This document shows, piece after piece, positions 15,198 through 23,745 of a stretch of 32,000 bases of DNA. Every line of letters starts with the position of its first letter. Position 1 is the stretch's first letter. The position numbers were made by a program, and so were the translations under genes. This DNA is from Candidatus Electrothrix sp. GW3-4. GTDB lineage: Bacteria > Desulfobacterota > Desulfobulbia > Desulfobulbales > Desulfobulbaceae. The notes under the pieces are model-generated. The model had not been told where the DNA came from. It ran no database searches and saw only the letters and a program-made list of their open reading frames with translations. The stretch covers positions 1,020,001-1,052,000 of the forward strand of contig NZ_CP147990.1 of NCBI RefSeq assembly GCF_037902255.1, written 5' to 3'.

Positions 15198-15218
15198 GAT
15201 TTCATGCTATGAAATCTT
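15196..15218 (+). terminator. Perfect 10-bp hairpin (AAGATTTCAT gct ATGAAATCTT) overlapping the stop codon of the SprT-like gene
   Basis: Read directly: arms at 15196-15205 and 15209-15218 with a 3-nt loop. No clean T-tract follows. Instead there is a 12-bp tandem repeat, AATCTTCTCACA x2. Confidence 0.3.
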
Positions 15219-15236
15219 CTCACAAATCTTCTCACA

Positions 15237-15265
15237 TTGACAGCGTGAAGCCGGAAGTGATATAT
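15237..15265 (+). promoter_or_regulatory. Sigma70-like promoter for ppk2: TTGACA (15237-15242), 17-nt spacer, ATATAT (15260-15265)
   Basis: Perfect -35 hexamer, 17-nt spacer and an AT-rich -10 (or TATATT with an 18-nt spacer). It lies about 140 nt upstream of the ppk2 ATG. Confidence 0.4.
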
Positions 15266-15401
15266 TTTTATTAATTTTCTTGAGAAAATCTGGCCAACTC
15301 CTTGCCCTCTGGTAAGGGCTTGTTGGTGAAATTGTTACTCTGCATATCTTACAAAAATTTTTCAGAAATCCTCTCAATGAACTTCAACGACAGGACGTAT
15401 T

Positions 15402-16475
15402 ATGGCTGACCCGAGATTAGACATCGAAAAGGAACAAGAGGAACCCTCAGAAGCAGCATCAACGCCTGTGGAGGAACTGGAAGATCATCCTGGAAATCCT
15501 GCGCAAAAGATCCTTGGCGAGAATGAGGAACTTCCAGAAAGAACAAAGAAAAAGAAAAAAAAGAAGGGCAAAAAGTCCAATCCGAAAAACATTACGGTCG
15601 ATGGAAGCGAGGTCTGCCTTAAGGAATTTATAAAAGAATATAGGCAACTGGCTGATGGAGCGCCACGACTGAATAAGTTTCAGCGCAAGGCGATCAGGCG
15701 CTATCATAGAGAGGAAGCGTTGAAACCCTATCAGGCCGAGCTGATCAGATTGCAGAGGTATCTGGAGCTGAACAAACGGCGGATGATTATCCTCTTTGAA
15801 GGGCGGGATGCAGCTGGTAAGGGGGGCACCATTCGGCGGGTTACCCGCTATATGAATGAAAAACATTACCGGATTGTTGCCCTGGGCAAGCCGACAGAAC
15901 ACCAGAAAACCCAGTGGTTTTTTCAGAAATATGTCACTGAGTTTCCACGTGGTGGGGAAGTGGTACTCTTTGACCGCAGTTGGTATAACCGGGCGGTTGT
16001 GGAGCCGGTGTTTGGTTTCTGCACCAATGAAGAGTATAATGATTTTATGCGCGGTGTTACCGGTTTTGAAAAGGATTTGGTGCGCCAGGGAACCGTGCTG
16101 GTAAAGCTCTATTTCTCTGTAACCAAGGAAGAGCAGGCGAAACGTTTTGAGCGACGTAAGACCGACCCTTTGCGTCAGTGGAAATTATCCGAGATTGATG
16201 TCCAGGCCCAGAATCGCTGGGATGATTTCACCCGGCAAAAATATGAAATGCTCAAGCGTACCCATACCAATGTGGCCCCTTGGACGATTATTCGCTCCAA
16301 TGATAAGCATAATGCCCGTCTCAATGCAATGAAAATCATCCTTAATACCGTTCCCTATGATCGGGGCAATAAGGAACTTAATTATGTGCCGGAGCCGGAC
16401 GTGGTGATATCCGGGGCCCGGGAAAAGGAGTTGATGGATGCCCAGCTCCTGAAGCTGGGACGGTTTATCGGTTGA
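15402..16475 (+). CDS. ppk2: Polyphosphate kinase 2 (PPK2 family) with an N-terminal extension of about 75 aa
   Basis: 357 aa. The PPK2 core has LFEGRDAAGKGGTIRRV (Walker A), FDRSWYNR, and LRQWKLSEIDVQAQNRWDDF (lid). The N-terminus is acidic, then KKKKKKKGKKSNPK. Confidence 0.9.
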   Translation: MADPRLDIEKEQEEPSEAASTPVEELEDHPGNPAQKILGENEELPERTKKKKKKKGKKSNPKNITVDGSEVCLKEFIKEYRQLADGAPRLNKFQRKAIRRYHREEALKPYQAELIRLQRYLELNKRRMIILFEGRDAAGKGGTIRRVTRYMNEKHYRIVALGKPTEHQKTQWFFQKYVTEFPRGGEVVLFDRSWYNRAVVEPVFGFCTNEEYNDFMRGVTGFEKDLVRQGTVLVKLYFSVTKEEQAKRFERRKTDPLRQWKLSEIDVQAQNRWDDFTRQKYEMLKRTHTNVAPWTIIRSNDKHNARLNAMKIILNTVPYDRGNKELNYVPEPDVVISGAREKELMDAQLLKLGRFIG

Positions 16476-16512
16476 TTTTTCGGTTGCGCAGCCGGAGACG
16501 AGGAAGCGGTTC

Positions 16513-17256
16513 TTAGGATTGTCTTTTCAACGCAACAAAGGAGGCAAAGTTGATCCAGCGAAAAAACATCTCGGCCTCCTGAAAACCGCTTTCCTTGAGC
16601 AGGCTGATATTTTCTTCTGGCGTAAAAGGGATCAGGACATTTTCCAGGGCCTCTCGCTTAGCTGCAATCTCCAGTTCAGAATAGCCCTGATCACGTTTGA
16701 AATCATGATACAGGTCGATAAAGGTCCTGTTGAGGCGGCTGTGCTTGCTGATGATTTTCTCACTGACAAAGAGCAAGCCGTCAGCTGGTAGAGCAGCTGC
16801 AAGCCGGTTAATGAACTCCTGGCGCAGCATGGGACGGATAAACTGCAGGGTATAGTTGCAGAGAATGATATTGACGCCTTCAAGTGCTGTCGGGAGCCCG
16901 GCAGCGGTGATATCCTGCTGGTGAAATTCAATGACCGTACCCTTACCGAACATCTCCGCCTTTCGTCGCGCCTTGTCCAGCATGGCCGGGGCATTATCCA
17001 GACCAATGAAGCGCAGATGCATATCCGGCAGTAGGCGTGAGAGCTCCAGCAGGGTCGAACCCGTGGAGCAGCCGAGATCATAGATCACGCTTTCTGGTTT
17101 GGCCAAGCGGCGAATCATGGACGCCGTGGCCTGGATCACGGTGCGATAATGCGGCACAGAGCGATCAAGCATGTCGTCAAAGACTTCTGCGACCTTATCA
17201 TTAAAGGAGAAATCCTCTGTCACCTTACCGCTACTGTATAACTTGTCGTTGTTCAT
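16513..17256 (-). CDS. cmoA: Carboxy-S-adenosyl-L-methionine synthase (tRNA cmo5U34 pathway)
   Basis: 247 aa. It contains FSFNDKVAEVFDDMLDRSVPHYRTVI, the SAM motif IYDLGCSTGST, and NYTLQFIRP, all characteristic of CmoA. There is a good RBS (AAGAGG). Confidence 0.85.
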   Translation of the reverse strand: MNNDKLYSSGKVTEDFSFNDKVAEVFDDMLDRSVPHYRTVIQATASMIRRLAKPESVIYDLGCSTGSTLLELSRLLPDMHLRFIGLDNAPAMLDKARRKAEMFGKGTVIEFHQQDITAAGLPTALEGVNIILCNYTLQFIRPMLRQEFINRLAAALPADGLLFVSEKIISKHSRLNRTFIDLYHDFKRDQGYSELEIAAKREALENVLIPFTPEENISLLKESGFQEAEMFFRWINFASFVALKRQS

Positions 17257-17308
17257 CCTCTTTCCTGCTCTTCTTCAAAAAACAGTTTTCGCAATTTGTA
17301 AAATAGCC

Positions 17309-17337
17309 TTGCTATCTTGTCAAACTGAAAGTATAAA
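17309..17337 (+). promoter_or_regulatory. Sigma70-like promoter: TTGCTA, 17-nt spacer, TATAAA
   Basis: Lies in the divergent cmoA / biotinyl-protein intergenic region, about 80 nt upstream of the ATG at 17416. Confidence 0.3.
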
Positions 17338-17415
17338 ATGCATGTAATTATCGCTCATAAAGTGCCGTATCCTTCTCTTTCATAATTTTTTTAATTTTTA
17401 CGCAATTCGACAGCT

Positions 17416-18069
17416 ATGTCATCTAGTCAGGAAATACATTTTGATGAGATTCTCAGTCGTTATAGATCTGATCCCTATAATTATGTGGATATGCATGCTA
17501 TTCACACCGGCAAGGTCCGCTTTCTGGTCAAGGAAGGCTCTGAGGCAGAAGGGGCCTCGGGGGAATGGATGCACAGGTCGGGAACACGTCTGTACGAAAT
17601 TGATCGAGAGCGGAACACCAAGATCATCACCTCGAAAACCAACGGGACCATTTCCGCCCTCCGTGCAGAGCTGGATGGTCAATTTGTCGAGGCCGGTGAA
17701 AAACTGCTCACTATCCGCCACCCCCTTAAGAAAAAAGAAATCATTGAGGCCATCCTTCAGGAGGTCCTGTTCCTGTTTGAGGCCCCGGAACGGGCCCGCT
17801 ATTATTTTTCTCTGGATATTCAGTCCAGGATTGATCAGAAAGGCGCCCGCTCGGTTTTTATCCAGCCAGGAGATGAGATCATCACCATGTCCTTGATGAA
17901 GCGGGATACCCCGGTCTACTATACTGGTGAGCCTGGCATCATTCATTCTGTGTACTTCACTCCTGGTGACAGTATTGACCAAGGCAAGCCCCTCATAGGT
18001 GTCTGTCCCGAAGAAAAGTTGTCCCTTGTCCAGAAGGTCATTACCAGAGTCAAAGCGGAGTGGGAATAG
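17416..18069 (+). CDS. Tandem biotinyl/lipoyl-like (BCCP-type hybrid barrel) domain protein
   Basis: 217 aa. Domain 1, LYEIDRERNTKIITSKTNGTISALRAELDGQFVEAGEKLLTI, aligns with E. coli BCCP [41 protein letters not shown] but has R at the biotinyl-Lys position. Domain 2, GDEIITMSLMKRDTPVYYTGEPGIIHSVYFTPGDSIDQGKPLIGV, keeps the M-K. Confidence 0.6.
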   Translation: MSSSQEIHFDEILSRYRSDPYNYVDMHAIHTGKVRFLVKEGSEAEGASGEWMHRSGTRLYEIDRERNTKIITSKTNGTISALRAELDGQFVEAGEKLLTIRHPLKKKEIIEAILQEVLFLFEAPERARYYFSLDIQSRIDQKGARSVFIQPGDEIITMSLMKRDTPVYYTGEPGIIHSVYFTPGDSIDQGKPLIGVCPEEKLSLVQKVITRVKAEWE

Positions 18070-18087
18070 TTTTTTGAGTTTTTTGTA

Positions 18088-19032
18088 TTGATTCTATTTG
18101 TCCCCCTTTTGTACCTCTTGGTTATGCCTTCCTCTGTGCAGAAAATTCGTGAACACCGGCAGACCTTTTTGGGATGGTTGGATACGCGTTCTTTTTCTCT
18201 TCCAGCTGTCGAGAAAATTCTTGCCTATGGTGCCCCGGTCGGGGCGATGATCGAACACCATGGCCAACTTGCCCGCTGCATGGACCGCTTACAACAGTTG
18301 ATCCAGGATGAGGAAAAACAGGGTCGGGTCTTGGCTGCCGGTACTGTTGTGCTGGCTGATACCTTGACCGAATCCAGCGGGCGTTTTGCTCGCTCCTGGC
18401 ATGCCCCGGAAGGGGGCGTCTGGCTGGCAATGGCCTGGCCGGATATCCTGCTGCCGGAGTTTGCCCGTCTTTTACCTTTTGCCGTGGGGATAGCCTGTTG
18501 TCGTACCGTTAGACAGCATGGGATTGATGCCCGCCTGAAATGGGTCAATGACCTGCTGGTGAACGGAAAAAAACTGGCTGGCATTCTCTGCACAACCATG
18601 CAGAGCCCAAGTGGTGATCGTTACCACCTGATCGGGATCGGGATCAACAGCAATAATCAGGTCTTTCCCCGAGAACTTCAGGATACGGCGACCAGTTTAT
18701 CTCTTGAATTATCCAGAGAAATCAATCTTGCGGAACTGGTTGGTTGCTTGCTTGCTGAACTTCATTGGTCCCTTGGGCTTCTCCATTACGATGAGGAGCA
18801 GGCCTTGGAGCAAGGAGAAGGCTGTGAACAGGGCAGGGCATCTTTGCTGTTAGGTTTTTGGCAGGAGCTTTGCGATACTGTGGGGCGACAGGTTGAGTAT
18901 GGCTTTGATATCCAGCAGAAACCGCTTTACCAAGCCCATGCACGAGAGGTCGACCCCTGTGGCGGACTGGTCATGGAATTGGCAGACGGAAGCACGGTTA
19001 CAGAGTATTCCGGGGAGATTGTTTATCTCTGA
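18088..19032 (+). CDS. birA: Biotin--protein ligase (class I BirA, no N-terminal HTH)
   Basis: It contains SSGRFARSWHAPEGGVWLAMAW (the GRGRxGRxWxSPxG-type motif) and KWVNDLLVNGKKLAGIL (KWPND...KxxGIL). The ORF-track start at 18088 is a TTG; the first ATG is at 18124. The start is uncertain. Confidence 0.8.
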   Translation: MILFVPLLYLLVMPSSVQKIREHRQTFLGWLDTRSFSLPAVEKILAYGAPVGAMIEHHGQLARCMDRLQQLIQDEEKQGRVLAAGTVVLADTLTESSGRFARSWHAPEGGVWLAMAWPDILLPEFARLLPFAVGIACCRTVRQHGIDARLKWVNDLLVNGKKLAGILCTTMQSPSGDRYHLIGIGINSNNQVFPRELQDTATSLSLELSREINLAELVGCLLAELHWSLGLLHYDEEQALEQGEGCEQGRASLLLGFWQELCDTVGRQVEYGFDIQQKPLYQAHAREVDPCGGLVMELADGSTVTEYSGEIVYL

Positions 19033-19090
19033 AAAATAGTCTGCAAAGGAAATAAATTTTTTATCCTCAGCAGGTGAGGGGGGGGATCCT

Positions 19091-19750
19091 ATGGGTAAGA
19101 AGCAGGTAGCTGTTCTTTTATCCGGCTGTGGTAACCAAGATGGGGCGGAAATTCACGAGGCAACCTTGACCCTGTGGGCCATCCATAAACACGGAGCAGA
19201 GTACCGTTGCTTTGCTCCGAACATCATGCAGCATCATGTCTTGAACCATATCACTGGCCAGGAGATGGATGAGCAGCGTAATGTGCTGATTGAAGCAGCC
19301 CGGATTGCCCGGGGAAAGGTTGAGGACCTTGGCCAATTTAATGCCACAGAAGTGGATGCCCTGGTTATTCCTGGTGGTGTGGGCGCAGCCAAGAACCTCT
19401 GTACCTACGCCTTTGACGGCCCGCAATGTAGGGTGAATAAAGATGTGGAGCAGGCAGTCAAGGCCATGCATCAGGCAGGCAAGCCCATCGGTGCCCTCTG
19501 TATCGCTCCGGTTCTGCTTGCCAAAGTCCTCGGCGATATCACCCTGACCATAGGACAGGATGCGACAACAGCTGCCAGGATCCGCGAGATGGGAGCCACC
19601 CATGCACCCACCGGGATTGGAGAGATCGCTGTTGATCAGAAGAATAAGATTGTCTCTACCCCCTGTTATATGCTGGATTCACGGGTTGATCAAATCGCTG
19701 CTGGCGCAGATGCACTCATTCAGGCTGTATTGGGTTTTCTCCCGGCTTGA
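19091..19750 (+). CDS. elbB: DJ-1/PfpI-family glyoxalase ElbB
   Basis: 219 aa, colinear with remembered E. coli ElbB: VLLSGCGNQDGAEIHEATLTL, CFAPN, RNVLIEAARIARG, DALVIPGGVGAAKNL, MHQAGKPIGALCIAP. Confidence 0.85.
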   Translation: MGKKQVAVLLSGCGNQDGAEIHEATLTLWAIHKHGAEYRCFAPNIMQHHVLNHITGQEMDEQRNVLIEAARIARGKVEDLGQFNATEVDALVIPGGVGAAKNLCTYAFDGPQCRVNKDVEQAVKAMHQAGKPIGALCIAPVLLAKVLGDITLTIGQDATTAARIREMGATHAPTGIGEIAVDQKNKIVSTPCYMLDSRVDQIAAGADALIQAVLGFLPA

Positions 19751-19839
19751 GTCTTTTTGAGCCTGTTTATTTCACTCGGCAGGGATTACTCCGGCTGTGT
19801 GGTTATCAGGGGGACTTGAGGGATGCATGAATTACCCCC

Positions 19840-20379
19840 TTACCACCTTCTTGAATATTCCGGTGCACAGTCCAGGCAGAGCTTCTTCTCCTCATAGAGG
19901 CGAATCTTGCTCTCTACCGCTGGTTCTCCGCATTGTTCACAGGCCACGGTTTTAAAAATTTTGGCCTTAACAGGCAGGTCGTAGGCGGGTTCTGTGAAGG
20001 AAAAGATCTCCTCGTCTGGCAGGCTCAGGATCTCCTGCTGATAGGTCTTGCGGTCACCGGTTTCCTTGTTCAAGAGATGGGTGAGGCGAATACGGAGTTT
20101 TTTGTTCTGCTTACGGAGAAAGAAACTAAAGGCCTGTTTGCCTCGGTCTCTGTAAAGGAGATTACCCTTTCCAAGGGTGCAGCTGAGCAGGGCTTGGACC
20201 GCGTCCAGGCTACAGGAGTCATTTTCTGTCACACAGACCAACTCTTCGTCTGCGGCAGAGGTTACGCCCAACTGCTTCCGAGCCGCCATTGTCACTCGAA
20301 AACCTATTGCCAGGCCCGGACATTGATGGCCATGAAACGCTACACATCTCTCCCAGTCGCTTTTCCATGTTTTGTTCAT
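19840..20379 (-). CDS. FmdE-domain protein with a C-terminal zinc ribbon
   Basis: 179 aa. It has FHGHQCPGLAIGFRV (the FmdE-family signature) and a C-terminal CEQCGEP...CLDC. Confidence 0.75.
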   Translation of the reverse strand: MNKTWKSDWERCVAFHGHQCPGLAIGFRVTMAARKQLGVTSAADEELVCVTENDSCSLDAVQALLSCTLGKGNLLYRDRGKQAFSFFLRKQNKKLRIRLTHLLNKETGDRKTYQQEILSLPDEEIFSFTEPAYDLPVKAKIFKTVACEQCGEPAVESKIRLYEEKKLCLDCAPEYSRRW

Positions 20380-20483
20380 TTTTTCTCCCTTTGAAAAGTG
20401 TTGTCAGTGCAGAATGGTTTGATTTTTTTGTTTTTTTATATGTTCGTAACAGAGCTCCAGGGACCTTGCAAGCAAAAAAACGT

Positions 20484-21140
20484 TCAACTGATATCTTCCA
20501 GCAGGCCGAGTTTGGCTGCATAACGAACCAGATCGACCGTACTGTGGAGGTCCAGCTTACTGAGGATGTTGGCCCGATGATTAGTCACGGTTTTCGCGCT
20601 GATGCAGAGTTTGTCCGCGATATCCGCTACCGCAGTCCCCTGAGCCAATAGCCGGAAAATTTCCTGCTCTCGGGCGGTGAGGTTACCATAGGTTGAATCG
20701 GAGAGATCCGAGGATTCAGCAGCCTCAAGAAGCCGTCCAACGATCTCCCGGGAAAGGGCTGAATCCAGATAGTACTCATCCAGCAGGGCCGCCTCAAGCG
20801 CATTCTGTAAACAGTCGGAAACCGATTCCTTGACAATATAACCGATTGCCCCGGCCCGTAATGCGCCCATGATATAATCAATCTTTGAATGCATACTGAC
20901 AATGATAATGCGGGTCTCTGGCACTGCTCCCTTTAAGAGCCTGGTCAGCTGAATCCCGCTCTTGTCCGGGAGGGAGAGGTCAACCACCGCAATATCCGGT
21001 TTGATGGTGCGGACCACCTCTTCCCCATGCCGGGCATCAGCACCTTCACCGGCAACCTCAAAGTCAGAATATTTTTCAATAAGCTGTCGGAGACCGGCCC
21101 GAAAGGTATCGTGGTCGTCAATAAGGACTATTTTTTTCAT
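20484..21140 (-). CDS. NarL/LuxR-family response regulator (REC + HTH_LuxR)
   Basis: 218 aa. It has KIVLIDDHDTFRAGL, AVVDLSLPDKSG, and a C-terminal LTAREQEIFRLLAQGTAVADIADKLCISAKTVTNHRANILSKL. Confidence 0.9.
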   Translation of the reverse strand: MKKIVLIDDHDTFRAGLRQLIEKYSDFEVAGEGADARHGEEVVRTIKPDIAVVDLSLPDKSGIQLTRLLKGAVPETRIIIVSMHSKIDYIMGALRAGAIGYIVKESVSDCLQNALEAALLDEYYLDSALSREIVGRLLEAAESSDLSDSTYGNLTAREQEIFRLLAQGTAVADIADKLCISAKTVTNHRANILSKLDLHSTVDLVRYAAKLGLLEDIS

Positions 21141-21159
21141 GGCTCGCTCTTGCTGGTGT

Positions 21160-22695
21160 TCAGGTTAATCTGACCTCGGCCTTTTCTGGGACTGGGCCGG
21201 GGAATTCAATGATAATCTTGGTCCCTTGCTCGGGGGCAGAACGGATCTTAAAGGTGCCGTGCATCATCCGCACCCGTTCTTCCATGCCGAGTAAACCGAA
21301 GCGTTTGTTTTCCAGGGCCTTGCGAACCCCCTGTTCAGGATCAAAGCCGCAGCCGTTATCTTCTACACGGAGAATGATATTCGGATGAGAGGCTATCAGG
21401 CGTATTTCGACCTTTGTTGCCTGGGCATGTCGTTCAATATTATTCAAGCTCTCCTGAACCAGGCGGTATACATTGATCGCATCGTCAAAGGGGAAGTCCA
21501 AGGTGTCGACACCAGCCTTGGAGAACTGGATAAAGATGCCGGTCTGTTTGCTGAAATCTCGACAATAGTCAGCTATAGCGCTGGCAAGCCCTATCTGCTC
21601 AAGCCCGGGGGGACGGAGATTATAGGAGAGCTCGCGCACGGTCTTGATACAGTGATTCAGGAGCTTGGCCCAGTCAGCTCTTTCCTCCTCACTGGGAGGG
21701 CTTCCCTTGGCGGCGTCCTGGAGCAGGCTTTCGCCGGTAATTTTCAGGGAGGAAAGATTTTGCGCCACATTATCATGGAGGTAAAGGGAGATCTGCTGGC
21801 GCTCGGTTTCCTGCACGGTCAAGAGCTTCTGCGATAAATTATGCACCTGCTCCTCCGCCTTTCTGAGTTCTGCATTGGCATGTAGCAGTTCCTCAGTCCT
21901 TTCCTGGACCTTGAGGTCGAATTCATTATGATAACCGGCCAGTTGATCAGCCATCTTGCCGAATTCTTTGGCAAGAAACTCAAACTCATCACCTGAATTG
22001 ATATGCACCTGATGGCTGAGATTCCCCCTGCCGATTTGCCGGGTCCCTTCCTGTAGGATTTTCATGGGGCCCAGCACAGAGCGCATCATGAGGAAGACAA
22101 CAATGAGGGTCAGGAAGATAACTGCGAGCCCGGTTAGAGCGACAACTGCCAGGGTATGACGATATTGTTGCCCGACAAAGGCCTCGGTTCTGTCGATCTG
22201 GCGCAGATGGAGATGGAGATGTTTGTCAATGGCGTTTTCCAGATGCCCCAGCTCCTCCCGGATTGCCTCGGAGATCTTTGCAAGTTCCTCCTTGGCAGTG
22301 GGCCAACTCTGCTCGGATTTTTCCAAAAGGTATTGGGAGAGCGTTGTCGCAAAAATAACATGGTGGAGCATCTTATGGGCAGCCTGCTCATCTGGCGTTA
22401 AGGACTTATGCTTATGCTTGGCATGGGTCTCTATCATCACACTGAGCTGATTCGCCTTTTCCCTGATCAGGCTCCGGTCAAACTGTTTTTCCCGAATCCC
22501 TGTTTCCAGAGAGAGGAGCAGTTTTTTGAGATCCAGCATAGCAGAGGCATTTATTGTTGCCTCCTGTTGCAACTGGGTAAAATGGCTATGAACGGTTGAA
22601 AAGGTCCAGACGCACCACCCTCCTTGAATGAGGATGACGAGCAGCAGGGGAAGAAAGTAGAGAAGGAATCTCTTGCGGAGGCCGATTTTTAACAT
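21160..22695 (-). CDS. Sensor histidine kinase, NarX-like (2 TM, periplasmic helical domain, HAMP, HisKA_3, HATPase_c)
   Basis: 511 aa. The H-box is LHDNVAQNLSSLKI (HisKA_3). The HATPase region has VEDNGCGF...FGLLGMEERV. It ends 19 nt upstream of the response-regulator gene. Confidence 0.85.
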   Translation of the reverse strand: MLKIGLRKRFLLYFLPLLLVILIQGGWCVWTFSTVHSHFTQLQQEATINASAMLDLKKLLLSLETGIREKQFDRSLIREKANQLSVMIETHAKHKHKSLTPDEQAAHKMLHHVIFATTLSQYLLEKSEQSWPTAKEELAKISEAIREELGHLENAIDKHLHLHLRQIDRTEAFVGQQYRHTLAVVALTGLAVIFLTLIVVFLMMRSVLGPMKILQEGTRQIGRGNLSHQVHINSGDEFEFLAKEFGKMADQLAGYHNEFDLKVQERTEELLHANAELRKAEEQVHNLSQKLLTVQETERQQISLYLHDNVAQNLSSLKITGESLLQDAAKGSPPSEEERADWAKLLNHCIKTVRELSYNLRPPGLEQIGLASAIADYCRDFSKQTGIFIQFSKAGVDTLDFPFDDAINVYRLVQESLNNIERHAQATKVEIRLIASHPNIILRVEDNGCGFDPEQGVRKALENKRFGLLGMEERVRMMHGTFKIRSAPEQGTKIIIEFPGPVPEKAEVRLT

Positions 22696-23438
22696 ATTTT
22701 ATTATATCGTTACGTGCTGAGCTGTTTGTTTGTCACAGAGTTTTGAGGCGGCAAGGCAGACGAGCAGGTATTCAGGTATGTTTTGACAAGAAGTTGGTAG
22801 TTATGTGCGGGATGGAAAATACGTGCCCGTCATGTTTATGAGACTGTACGAGACGGTGAGTATAACGAATTCTGTCGGCTTCGACAAAGTATATGAGGAA
22901 AATGTTGCTATCTTGCAGACGGAATTTTGCGTGCATCCTTTATGGAAGGGAAAGAATGAATTTTTCTGGCCAGTTCATCTCAAAGGAAATGCTACTGTTA
23001 CGCGGTATAATACGACTTGGTAGGCTGTTGAAAGGGAGGGGGGGCACCGTGCTCCGCGCTCAGCAAAGCGCGTGGAACGTTGGAAGAGAGGGGTGGAGCA
23101 AAAAAGGGGGGGGTGACTGGTCAAGAGAGAAGAGATTCTAGAGAGGAGATTACGTTGTTCCCCGCCCCTTCTTTCTTTTGCTCATCTTGAGATATTTTAT
23201 ATGAAAATGACGGGTGACTCGGACGAGTTATCTGTTATCTTCATGTTCTTGTTGTGAGAGCGCAAGCTCATGACCGTTATATTGAATTGAGATAACCACT
23301 TGTTTTGCGACGTACAATGTAATTCAGTCACGAAAACAAGTGATATCTCCCGTAGGAGCTGTACCCCTTGAGCGAAAAGTGTTTCGTTCAAGGGTGACAG
23401 GGACCTACGATTTTTGCGAGTTGCGGTAATCTCTGGGA

Positions 23439-23639
23439 TTACTGGGCAACGACATTATCTGCTGCCGGTCCCTTAGGCCCGTCAACCACGTCAAAGCTTA
23501 CTCGCTGTCCTTCCTGCAGGCTTTTAAACCCCTGGGCCTGGATAGCTGAATGGTGGACAAACACATCCTGGCCGCCATCTTGCTCGATAAAACCAAAACC
23601 CTTTGAGTCATTAAACCATTTTACTGTTCCTTCTGCCAT
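23439..23639 (-). CDS. Cold-shock protein (CspA family)
   Basis: Only the last 66 codons of ORF 23439-23906 are the gene: [38 protein letters not shown] (RNP1 KGFGFI, RNP2 VFVHH). The ATG is at 23639. Confidence 0.9.
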   Translation of the reverse strand: MAEGTVKWFNDSKGFGFIEQDGGQDVFVHHSAIQAQGFKSLQEGQRVSFDVVDGPKGPAADNVVAQ

Positions 23640-23745
23640 TTTCTCATACTCCTTAAAACTGATTTCTTTTTTGAAATCTTTATAATAATAGGATCGCACG
23701 CTGTGCAACCCATTGTGTAGGCAGTCGTCTGTAGACTGCGAATTC

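Noticed and set aside
17419-17982. Two further long ORFs (187 aa on the minus strand; 151 aa at 17441-17896 on the plus strand) overlap the 217-aa biotinyl-domain gene, so three frames are open at once.
   Set aside because: Only the 17416-18069 frame aligns with BCCP-type domains and has a promoter and leader upstream. The other two translate to Arg/Pro/Ser-rich sequence with no recognisable features. The unusual openness was noted, but I see no evidence for overlapping genes.
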